A DNA stretch of 63,638 bases, the filler included, from Choristocarpus tenellus KU-1152 (taxonomy: Eukaryota > Protista > Phaeophyceae), in NCBI GenBank assembly GCA_964200185.2. It is 9 parts of 9 records of this genome, joined end to end, with 100 filler letters (N's around TTAATTAATTAA, not from the genome) between each part and the next. Parts side by side here need not be neighbours in the genome. Positions count along the whole stretch, not along the records: positions 34,435 to 39,177 come from CAXNAD020013244.1; positions 39,278 to 44,773 come from CAXNAD020010607.1; positions 44,874 to 52,139 come from CAXNAD020006435.1; 6 more parts are not named here. One strand, written 5' to 3'. Position 1 is the first letter of the stretch; each line of letters opens with the position of its first letter. The translations under genes and the position numbers were made by a program. The notes beneath the pieces are model-generated. The model saw nothing but the letters and a program-made list of their open reading frames with translations, did no database searches and was not told the origin of the DNA. Of the stretch, positions 37,397-49,220 are shown one piece after another.

Positions 37397-39110
37397 TAAC
37401 CCTCACTAGGTAGCCAGCCTAGCCGGGAGGAGAGGGGTCAGGAGTTGAGGAGCCAGGCCACGTGTCCCAGAGCTCTTGATCACCTCCGCCATGTGAGCTT
37501 GAATAAAGCCACCTATTCCCACCGGAGCCCCTAGAGTGACAAAACCATTGGGGTTCGGGACTAGGTTGATTACCGCTGTAGAGAGAAGCTCCAGTTCCGA
37601 AGGCATGGGTTGGTGGCCCTGGGGAGGTGCGACAAAGGTCTTGTCCATGTTTAGGTCAATGCCTGAAGGTTAGTTTTTATCTGCTCAAAAGCAGCTATGT
37701 TGGTAGGGTTGATCCCCCTTGCAAATATGGACGTGTCATTCGGATAGCTCCGGGAGGAAATCCCTTGTGGTCCAAAGACTGATTGAACCTGTTGGAAGGC
37801 CTTGTGTGTAGCCATGCAATGTAAGAGGGGGCCCAGTGGGTCTCCCTGTTGGGCCCCAGATCTCGATGGTAGAATCTTCGTCCCTCCCTCATCTAGAGGG
37901 AAAATAAGATTTCTGGTGTTCCCATATACCTTAGAAACATAAGGTAGGAGTCCTGGTAGGGTCTCTGGGAGGGCCTGGATGAAACCTGAGCGTCGTACGC
38001 TGTTGAAAGCATTCCTTCCGTTCAAACTGATGACCCATTCTCCGCACTCATTCCTTAGGTGAGCATCCAGGGGTGTACGTTCTATGCCATTTGGGACCCC
38101 GACGCCAAATTGTCCTACTCCACCGAAATATTCCTCTAGGTAGGGGCGCCAGTCTGTGCAGAAAGCTAAAGCACATGCTCTCCTGAAAAAAGACCCGCAG
38201 GCGACCGGGCGGCACTTCTCCCGAATTGCGGACAGTCTGGAGTTGGTGTGGAGTGTCCAGAACTCTAGGGGCAGAGAGTCCGGGGAGGTGTAGGTTAACT
38301 CCCATAAGTTGCAAACGCCTCTGCCACTTCTTCGTTACCAACATCTGTCGTGATGGTTGATCTGATGTGGCTTGGGCGCATCCCGTCAGGGCCTGGTGCC
38401 GAGTTGCTGTTAGCCCTCATGAAGACTTTTCGAAGGGAGTTGGGGGTGTACTCCCCTTCAGGGGGGCAGTACCTTTATTCCCCAGATCTTGCATTCCCTT
38501 GTACCCTGTCTCTTGCGTCCGTGATGGCTTGCCTAACCTCGTCTTGGTTCTTACTCGGGTGTTTAGGTACCAGTATATTGAAGGTCTCCTCCGTCCCTGG
38601 GGCTCTGGGTTGTGCTAGGAGCACGCTCACTCCCTTGGAAATTCCTCCATGGTGGTGACCCAGAGCTGCAGCGCGTTCCTGGCGGGACTTGGGGGTCCTC
38701 TCCAGGCGTCTGCTGGTCCTCTGGGATCGTTCTAGGAGCCATGCAACTAGTCCTTGGGTGTTCCCTGAAGCCACCCGGGCAAACCTTTCCTCTCACAAGA
38801 ACTTTCCATCATTTGCCAGTAAGAGGTCAGAGATCATGAGGAAGAGTTCGGATGCTCTGATGACCCCTATCGTTCGTGTTCCCTCTTCCAGCCTTGGGGC
38901 AGCTACCTCATGTATCAGGAGATCCACTGTGTGCATGAGGGCAATTGCGTGGGCGGTGCAAAGCCTGCCTGGGACCTTCACCGTGGTGATGTTTACCCGC
39001 TCCAGGGTCTCCATCTGGACTTGGTCAAGAGCAGATGCTAAACTTGGAGTATGGACTCCCCAAGGCAGACGTGTATGTGGTGGTAGGTGGCCTAGGTTTT
39101 CTGTGGAGGG
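37397..39110 (-). mobile_element. Decayed CRE/R2-like non-LTR retrotransposon (reverse transcriptase), truncated by the Copia element
   Basis: RNAFNSVRR..LLPYVSKVYG..SRSGAQQGDPLGPLL..SYPND (decayed YxDD)..GFVTLGAPVG. Confidence 0.85.
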
Positions 39111-39277
39111 GGGGGGGGTAGGGGGCAGGGGGGAGTGGGGGAGGGGGTGGGGGGGGGAATTGGGGGGAGGAAGGAGGNNNNNNNNNNNNNNNNNNNNNNN
39201 NNNNNNNNNNNNNNNNNNNNNTTAATTAATTAANNNNNNNNNNNNNNNNNNNNNNNNNNNNNNNNNNNNNNNNNNNN

Positions 39278-42200
39278 GCTTGGCTAGCATCTTCATGTCG
39301 GTGCCGTTCCAGCTCCAGCTCTGAGACTACCTGCCCCACCCACCCCATCCCAGTAGGGGCGAAAGGAAAAGATAGGAGCAAGAGTGGGACATTGGCAACC
39401 GTAGTGGGACAGGCAGTGGGCGCATCACGGCAAAGCAGATAAAAGAAAATGAGAGACTACTAGAGGGGGAGTTTGGCATCTTATGGGTCTTCACCTGAAA
39501 GTTGCTATACCAGGGTATCTTCAAGTTTTTGGGGAAAGGGATAAACTGCCACCACTGCCACCCCACCCGCAAATATAACAAACACATGTCCCTTGTACCC
39601 ACTGCGCCCGCCACACACACACACATAATATTCATCCATCCGGGTGGTAGAAAGTGAGTATGTCATGATTCATCACTCTGGAGCATATTACAACACCAAG
39701 GCCTTCACGCACCCAGACTAGGCTTAGCTTGTTTTGGCATATTCTACCCCACCTTCGCAAGCTCTGCCTGGATACCACTGCGGGCAACATGCCAGACATT
39801 TTTTTCTGCCTGCAAAAGGTCGTGTTCTCGACGTGACCGCAGAAGCTTCTCCTCCAGCTCGCACACTTTCTCCCCAGAGATCTTCGCCTCAGTCTTAACA
39901 ACATCCCTCTCCCCCCTTGCCTCCTCAAGTATCTCTCGAGCATTAACAAGGCTTGTACGGGTCTCGTCAAGGGCCCTATCCTGCCTGATCATTTATGGCA
40001 AGTCTCGGGGACAGGAGGGGAGAGAGGATGCTCAGGGTGAACCCAAAAATGGTGACGTGTACCCACTATTGTCTTGACAGGAAGAGAGATGCCAAAAAGG
40101 AACACTCTTGCTGGTATATTGAATGGGTGTACGAAGGTACATTATAATACAAAAGCTAAAAATGAAGAGAGCACAAGCCCCTCATTCTGATTGCAAGCAC
40201 CACCTAGCCTCCAATATTTCTCATGTCATACAACACAAAAATCTGGGTCAGCAAAACAATCCATGGCTGACAAAAATTTATTCATTTCACGCAGTTAAAG
40301 TCCAGGAACAATTCCAGGTGCAACAAAAAAACTGGGACATCACGATCCTTTGCCCTTCTCCACCTTTCAGCTTTCATATTTTCCCTCTGCAGCGTCGCCA
40401 GCAGCACCTTGGACTGAGCTTCACACTGTGCTCTTCTTGCTGACATGACTGCCACCTCGTCCTCTAGTTCCTCAAACTTCGCCATCAGCTCTGCCACACC
40501 TCCAATCTCCACAGACACCCCACCTCCATCATCCCCACTTCCACCCTCTCCACCTTTTGTCCTGCAGGCCATTGACACAACCTGACCATTGTCTACACTT
40601 GCATCACCCCCTGCCAACGTTCCAAGGTGGTGCAGAACACCAGAGGCAATCTTCCGGACACTCCCTATCCCCCTCCTCCATGCCCGTTGCGAAGAGGCTG
40701 CTTTGGTAGTTACTTCAGATTCACTACTACCACCTGAGTCTGCACCTGTATCCACAGCACTGATCACAACTGAAGCTTTGCTGAGGCCATTGTCTATGAT
40801 GGCCTGTGCAGTGGCACTGTGCATTGCACGGGACTTATGAACAACGGCATCCGCAGCCTCAATTGCAGCCCGCATGGTATCAACCGTGACAGACTCAACC
40901 ACAAATGACAATCGTTTTCCCCGCAATCGGCTGTATGAGTTGTCCCACAACAGTATGCACCTACAGGGTAGAGAGAGTGGGGTGAGGAGTGGGCAGGGGA
41001 ACAGTCTCCAGAGTCTAGTTGATAGAAGAGGTGCTGTCATGGAGAGACAAAAACAAAGTGTAGCAGGCCATGGAGGGTGGCAGGGATCACTCAGACAAGG
41101 TCAGCAAAAGCACCAATGACTGCACCATAGAGATATTTGATGCCTACACTTTCAAAATTGCAAACTGACAATATCAAATCTCCCCAGCATCCACCTTGCC
41201 AACAGTCCTCCAAAGCTACACTATTTCGATGGAGAGGATTGTTAAGCATCTCACGTTCCATCCATGGGACAGGTGAAACTGCCACGTGCAGGCTGTTCTC
41301 CAGCGCCAGTTAAGTACCGGGTGGGATGATGAACTGTTTGCCTTCCCTGGTCCTTGTCCACCTTCTCCTTGACCTCAATCCCTACCATTTCACACTCCTC
41401 AACTACGGCACCCTGCTCCATACCAGGATCTTGTACTAGCACATCATTGTTGCTTTTGTTTTCTTGCACACTTGCTCCCGCTGTATCTCCCTCAAAAGAT
41501 AGGGGCCAGGTGGCAAGAGGTGGGGGCCCTACAGGGTGTGGCTGGAAGGCGACTGAGAACTCCAAGTCCATGTGGTCCTCCACGATGAATTTCCATACGA
41601 CGCTCTCCCCCCGCAACACGTCGATGCAAACGCGGTGGGACTCGCGGCGAGGTACGTACGCCTTAGAGTAGTCGAATGGCTGCAACAAGAAATCGATCGC
41701 CGTCTTCGGATTTGGGTCCAAAGCGACATCATCCGCGTCCTGAAGTCCGGCACTCCCATGCTCACTCTCATCCACTTTAGACTTTCTCCACCTACATTGT
41801 TCATCTAGGAATCCGCTGAAGACTTGACTTTGCAGCACGGCTGGGACGGCGAGGAGTCCATTGAAGTAGATATTCAGACTCTGGGACACGTCAAGGAATG
41901 ATAACGATAAAATATCGTCTCCACTTGGAGGACTTGGAAGATCTGGCAGTTGGGCCTTGACAGAATCATTACACCCAAATTCATCAGTGAGGAGCAGGTA
42001 GTGCAGCCTTTGAAACTCCGACCAGGGCTTGCGGAGGGTGGTGCGAGATGCCGCCTTGTCCCCACCAGATTCGAGGATGAGCTCGATACTAAACCAGGGC
42101 TCCTGCAAATAGGGAGTAGATGGATGTGTTACGACGCAATTCAGGACGAAACAAAAGCGGATGGGAGTTTAGGATGCCAGAAGGTTGGCGATGTCTTCGC

Positions 42201-42389
42201 CCAGTATCGCAGAATTTCCCTCCCCTCACATACACACTATTGGGGTCGAATTTCGAGTCCAAATAATAAACTCCTTCTACACACCTGTATGACCTCGTCC
42301 GATAGATCAGTCATTGAGTAAAACTCGTTAGCATCCATTTCTTTGACCATCTCCTTCACCATTTGCGATATGGCACCACTGTTGCCCAT
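39278..42389 (-). CDS. PX-domain + GOLD-domain + coiled-coil protein with an N-myristoylation-like start; exons 42389-42285, 42102-41255, 40960-40364, 39984-39753, 39330-gap
   Basis: MGNSGA start; LRKPWSEFQRLH..LPDLPSP..LNIYFNGLL..VFSGFLD (PX); GESVVWKFIVEDHMDLEFSV..GSFTCPMDGT|CILLWDNSYSRLRGKRLSF (GOLD); splice phases consistent. Confidence 0.82.
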
Positions 42390-42515
42390 GTTCTTCAATA
42401 CGCCGAAAACTCCACCTCTTCAAAAGCTACCTCGCACTGGGCGTCCTATCACCTACATAGACTTCTGGTCAATGGCGTAGTAGGTGGTCACCTTGGGGAT
42501 TATACCTACAGCATG

Positions 42516-44210
42516 TGTACCAGAGGTACACTGATGCAGATACTACGACTTGGTTGTGAGAGGTAACAGGAAGATGAACAGAAGTGGGACTGACACTTGG
42601 ACCATCATACCCTGTACTCCCATATTCCCTGTCTGTATGGATGATCCATTACTATATTATATAGTAGTACTTAATAAAGTACCACTTCATAGTAATACAT
42701 TGAACAATATAATTCTGATGTACAATGGATCAGTTCAGGTAAAGGTGGGGTTAAAAAGAAACATCAGGCAAGACGGACCAGACGTACCAAGACGAACCTC
42801 AAAAAAGAGGAAGAGGTTAAGGTTGGAAACGAGGACAAGAAGTGAGGACGTAGAATAGATCACACCCAGTTCGAATGGGGTTCATAAAAATGGTCAGAAA
42901 TGAGAGATTCGATTTTGGAAAAGAGAAGTTTACGTAATCCGAGTTTTGTGTGAGAGTTCGTAAAGGGGAATACGTAAGGCAAGTTGAGTCTTGACAAGGG
43001 TAAAAAGAAAGCTTTGGAGGGTAGAAGAAAAGTTGAAGACTGGGTGACTAGGAGGCAAAAGAAGTAGGCGAAAAGTTAAAAAAAAATGAGTGGTTAGGTG
43101 GAGGCATGAGGTTAGAAGGAATGGGGCAGAACTAAAGGTAAAGCCAAGGGTGGTGGTGCAGGACATGGACGGTGAGATAACGGCAACCTCCAAGCAATGT
43201 TTCAAAATGGGATGGCAGAAAAAAGGGGGTAAGGAGACCTTGAACCGTCCCTCAATGTGGGAGGGCTTGGTGGAAAGAAAGAGAAGAAAGGGGAGATGGG
43301 GGATAAGGGAGAGTTGGGGGAGTGGAAGAAGAAAAGGGGGGCCTAGGCAGGAGAACGACCAAAGAGCAGAAATGGTGGCCAAACGTGTACGGGAAGAAAC
43401 TGAGCAGACTAGGAGAGACTTCGTGAACAACGACGAGAGTGAGGAAAGGAAAATGGGAGAACGGGAAGAAGATGAATGAAAGGGTGAGGAGGATAGCAAA
43501 GACCTACGAGAGAACCAACAAGCCCTCTCTAAGGATGTGACTGAGCTAGCACAAGGAGTGAACCAGCTAATAATGGTGATATTTAGAGAAGCAAATCGGT
43601 ACCACCCCCCCCTATCTTATGACATGGGCCCATTGAGCGAGTGGGGAGAAGGAGTTCCGAGGGAAGTGAGAGGGAAGACGATGATCCAAGTCTGGAGGGA
43701 AACCAATCTCAGAAGATACTTTGTGCTGATGGGGCAATTCCTCTTTTTCTACAAGGAGGGGACGCGTCTTCAGTATGAGGATAATTACAGCGTACTATTG
43801 ACTAGAAAGCCAATGTCACAGAGGCAGTGGCGGAGCAGCTGAGTCAATTGATGGCATTCAACATAAAGGAGTATATCCCTAAAGGAGAAATGGGAAGGCC
43901 TACAAACAAAGGGGACTATGAAATGCCGGATTATTTCGACTGCTTTGTCTCGGTGGTGGTAAAAATATGCCACTACAGAAAGGAATGGAAGACAGGACAG
44001 AGGAGGTCAGCTGAGTCAATCGAAGAACTAGAGGAGGCGAGAAGCAAGGTGCGAACTTTCTACGGTGCTAACAAACCAGTTTTGATTGACTACCCGAGAA
44101 TCGTAGATCTGGTGTATCAAGCAATTGGGGAAGATCTAGACACGTGTCTAATTGTTACAATGTGCTCCACAAGCGAACTCCAAGTTACAAAACGCTCCAC
44201 AAGCTTACCA
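42516..44210 (+). mobile_element. Decayed Gypsy-like element: putative LTR, tRNA-Leu-like PBS (42891-42912), gag-like remnants
   Basis: tggtcagaaatgagagattcga resembles the tRNA-Leu PBS TGGTGTCAGAAGTGGGAT; followed by broken purine-rich ORFs. Confidence 0.4.
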
Positions 44211-45858
44211 TAATGGGATGTGTAGCTCTAGTTCACAAGGCTGTGTGTATGTGGATCACAGAGCTCGTTTAAGGCTCCATAATGCAAATGTCGTAAAATA
44301 AGCTAAATCTCTCACTTCGTTCAATTTACGGGGATAATCAGGGTATAAAAGGGACTAAACAAATATTTCTGACCTCTATACAGGATCATACTGACTGAAT
44401 AATAAATAAATAGTCAAGGACAAATACTCCGAAGTATATAAAATCTTGGGCTTCAAGGTTATAATGGTGTTTATAATACCACCATTAAGACACATCTGTT
44501 AAAGTATCCTCAAAATCATCAAAGAGGATAAAGGTGATAAACCCAGCGAGATTGCTCGGTGTCTGTAGAGAGATTGATTGAAGTTAGGTAGGGCATGCAA
44601 TGCCCCATAAAATCAGAAAATATTTCCTTTTCTATGAGAAAAGTTCTCATTCAACTAATCACTGGTAAAATGTTCTGATAACTCAACCACTAATTGATTG
44701 TTCTGTTACTCCATAGATATTTTACCGTAACTGTCCGATAGAGTCGGAAGAGTCTAATCGAACACCCTCCCTANNNNNNNNNNNNNNNNNNNNNNNNNNN
44801 NNNNNNNNNNNNNNNNNTTAATTAATTAANNNNNNNNNNNNNNNNNNNNNNNNNNNNNNNNNNNNNNNNNNNNGTTGTCCTAACCGGGTCAAAAACGGAC
44901 GCCGGCACCCCCCCCCCCCCAGACACTTTGACCCACCTACAATATGTTCACCATCTAGACCATAATAAGATGAGACTCATTTCTTTGAATTGCCGTGGTG
45001 TCAAAACATTGCATCATTGAAACACGTTGCTAGTGTTCAATGTATCGACATGAATACTACCGTGTAACTGTCATGTAACAGTGTGTACTAACAACTTTGT
45101 ACACAGTATCGAGAGGCTTGGATTTAAAAAGAACAAGCAGCAAAGCCGCAACAGATAATTACTGTTCCAACTATAGGCTAAAGTAAGGCTTAGGGTTAGG
45201 TTTAAAGCTTATTAAGAGTAAGGTTTGCACCAATCGACAATAGCTTGAAGGCAGTTACTCAGCAAAAAAGACTCGTGAGGATGGCATTACCGGGTCACAC
45301 CCCTCTTCCCTGGGGAAGATGCACATGAAAAAATATATATACTAAAATCACTAAGATGCTCACATGTTAACTCGATGTACGGAACTGCTTATCGATGAAG
45401 GGTACAACCATAGAGAACAAACAGCCCCGGTTCATGAGGCAGACACACTCGCTCTCATCAAACCATATTTTTATTTTTGAAAAAAAAACAAAGAAATTCA
45501 CACTCTCCGAAACAAGCCCACACGAGCAAGTGCGCCCGGATGCCCTGATGAACGCCACCCATACATACCAGAACTCCAGTCAATACGCTTTGAAAGTGTA
45601 AGCATGTACGTGTATAAAAAAAAGAAGTATACGCACGCACATGTGCGACTGCAGACAGGCGTTCGCAACACATTTTTTTATTATTGTTGTTGCAGGGTAC
45701 CGCCACCCAGGCCGGTTGAAGTGACTACAATCACTGCGTAGAATCCACAAGCCGCTGCAAGTCTGCCTCCAACCCTGGCAGGTCAAAAACAACAGGCTTC
45801 AGGACCCAAGGCAAGTGCAACAAGAGAAGGCAACAATTATCCCAATAGGCACAGAATC

Positions 45859-45898
45859 GGTTAGGGTTAGGGTTAGGGTTAGGGTTAGGGTTAGGGTT
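45859..45898 (+). repeat. Interstitial telomeric repeat (TTAGGG)6
   Basis: Six perfect units, 45861-45896. Confidence 0.95.
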
Positions 45899-48800
45899 TA
45901 GGGGTCAGGGGCATACCCAGAGCATGTCGTTGTCTGGGGAGCAAAAAGGCCTAAAAAGCACTCATCATACAACAATAGTGCCTGAACTCGCCGTGGATTG
46001 GACACCTTCACCCTAAACCACCTACTGGCTCTCATTAGTGCACAGGGGTGGAGGGAAATCTGTAGACTCACCTGCCAAGGCTTGACTTGATCATTGCATG
46101 AGGTGCACTTGGCACACTGGCCACATCAAAAACCAGCTACACTTCTCTTCTACTTGCCTGCTTCGATTCAGTTGGTAGATGTAACATATGCCTGTCACCT
46201 CTAGCCCCCACTCCAGAGGAAGAAATACGAAAATCGAAATAGCATTAAGCGTAAGACATTCGTTGCAATCGATACCTGCAAAGGGGAGGATACTTTGAAA
46301 GTACCATCAGGCATCTCCATCCTTCCACTCCACCTGCAGTTCACCCACTTAGTCAAAAGACCTCTAACACGGTGGTGATACGTATTCTTCTATGCTGTCA
46401 GGGGTGGGGCACCAACCTGTGTTACATAAACAAGGTCATAACCCCCTGTTATCCACTTTGAAGGCCGAAGTTACACACAAACCCCGCAGTTTGACACACG
46501 CTCTTAGCTTGGTCAAATGCTTCTACACAGGAAGACACACAATCCCCCCCGGCACAGCCCCATCACTGCTACCCAGGCACAGTTCCCCTCTTCCCCTCTC
46601 CTCCTCTCTCTCCCCCACAAGCACAGCCCATACAGCCCCTCCCCTTTCGCCTTTCCTCCTGATGCTGTTGGAGCACTGTGGCCAAGCTGGCAGATCTTCG
46701 ACTCATCCTATCTCCCGAGAAACATTCCCCTTTTAGTTCCTTTCCTCCTGTAGCTGCTGGAGCACATTGCCCACAAACCTACAGGGCTTCCTTTCCTCTT
46801 TCACCCCTACTACAGCCTCCCCACGCCACTCACACACATCTGCTCTGTGTGTGAAAGGGACCTGCAGTACCCCATCCTGGTCAAAGCAGGTCAGCAGTAG
46901 CCCACTACAGCCATTGCAAGAGAGAGACACAGGAGCACTCAACAGGGCTATCTCCCACTGCCATCGTCTCAAGGTGGATGTACACCTCAACATGTATACT
47001 TACTTCACTGTCTACAGGAGAGGAACACTCTAGACAACAGCGCACAGTAGCAATTGGGGCCATGACCAGTGCACAGACCAATCACACTCTAGGATGTTAT
47101 CATGAGAAACACCCCCAGGACAAACAAATAGATAGGAATAGCATCCTCGCCACATGTTTGCCTGAGGAACAGACACCAACATCATAAATCACAAATGGAG
47201 CAAAGATCGCACTCCCGCCTCGGTTCGTCTAGTTGCGTTGAATAGAGTGTGGGTCATACGGCTCTCACCACCAAGAATTTTGCCACGTATCAGAATGCGC
47301 AACGAAGGAAACCCCTTGATATCCCTACGTGCTCGCTCACATTAGACCGACCTTGAATGACGCCCTCACAGTCTCCATCTCATCAAGTGGAAGGAAGTAG
47401 GAGACAAAAAAGAAGAAGCAATTCTCATGGGGATGATCCCACGCCAGTCCCACTTTCTGGCTCGTGTGGAGAGGGACCGCATCCCACTGAGAAACACGAG
47501 TGCAAAGAGAGGAGCAAGCTGGTGCAAACATAAGTCAACCAGGCCACCAAGTGCAAACCGTGTCAAACATCCCCGAGGGATACTAACCTGCCCAGCGTTT
47601 GGCACAGGGTGCAAGCAAAGGTGAGCAATCTCGGATGATGCCTCTGGGTAGGATTTTGTACAAGTCAACATATCGCACGGCTCACCAACGTACACCCTAT
47701 CTATGGCACAACAGTGACATCACTCGACCAGCTACCCCAAACCAATCTTCTTCTGTGCCCCTAATACTCTGACATATCTACAAAATGTGCACACAACACG
47801 CAAAGAGCACGTCTTCCCAATAACCCTGAAACAGAGGCTACTGGTTGATTCAGTAACAAAGGCGTCGTCAAAAGCTTTGGCCACTTCAACGTTTCTCTTC
47901 CTGTTCAGGAGTTCTAATGCTTGGTAGTCGTTTTCGACCAAAATATCGGAATGGTGATATCAGAATATCACAGTGGTGATACTTGATCACTAGTGCACCA
48001 CAAAAAACACCGCGACAGTGAGAAATGATTGAATCAGGGGATTTCTTATCCTTCACACCTCATCTCCATGATGCTATCACAGTCCACAGCACTACCAGTG
48101 TAACTGTATATATCAGGCATGGTGTTCTGCTATCCAGTCACACCTGTGGTAACAACTCCAAAAAAAAAATTGAACATACCATCACAAACTACATTTAAAA
48201 GCTTGACCAGTGCCATAGACCCATTGCGCAGTGCAACCTTTCTCGACCCTTCCTTCTGCATACCCCAGCAACTTCACTACAAAAGTCAAACCTCATCTTA
48301 CTCTCTTGTGCTCCTTGGTGGTGTCCTCAGTCTCCGTATTGTTCCAGCACTATGTCGTCGCCTTGTCCACTACACCCAGAAGAGGATCATTGCAATTCGT
48401 AAGACAGTACCAACCGTCCTTGGTGAAACAAGTGCTCAGCCCCTTGACCTACACGCATCTTGACAAAGAGACCACTTAATGACCATGCTCCAGCATGCCG
48501 GGTGGCAGGTCCTGTCTCACCGTGTGTGATGTCCAAACAACAATGGAGTGAGATCCTCATGCAGGCCAGTCTGACCTGGCTTGATGTACCCCATTTATTA
48601 CCAAAATATGCCAGCTACCCAGCAAAACCAGCCAGCCAGGTTGATTTCATTCAGGGTTTCTCAAGTGACCAGAATCACATCTCAATTGCTGCGGCGATAT
48701 AAATTGAATGTACAGAAAAAGAAAAAGAGGGCTTTACATTCACTCCCCCACCCTTAATGAAAACAGCGCAAGCACGAGGACACTCTGCAGATTCTTTCTT

Positions 48801-49129
48801 CTTCTTTTTTAAAGTACTAGTATTTCTTTTTATCAGGTGGGTTCAGAGCCAAAATAGTGCAGCGAATTCATCTCATGAAAAAATATGCACTGCAAAATCA
48901 ACAAACCAAGATTACTTAAACACAAACATAAATATATATATATATGCACACACACAAGAGTAACATCCACAGTTCAATCCACAACAACCAGACCAAGAAA
49001 ACCTTTCCAGGACAATACACACCTGCCTGGAATACACTACGACATACTCCTGACATGCACCCTCCAGTAAGTCAGTCCTACTGCACCAAGTACAAACACT
49101 TGCAGCAGAAGATCCTTGCAATAATCACC

Positions 49130-49220
49130 CTCAAGGTAGTTATCCTTACAGTAATCGTCCTTAAGGTAGCTATCCTTATAGTAGTCATCCTCATGGCAGC
49201 TACCCTTACAGTAGTCCTTC
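49130..49220. repeat. 15/30-bp minisatellite (atccttacagtaatcgtccttaaggtagct)
   Basis: Tandem periodicity visible. Confidence 0.8.

Noticed and set aside
49025-49050. PGIHYD resembling the OTU catalytic His motif
   Set aside because: Different contig and strand from the OTU1 exon, no flanking similarity, and an exon-like segment lies on the opposite strand.
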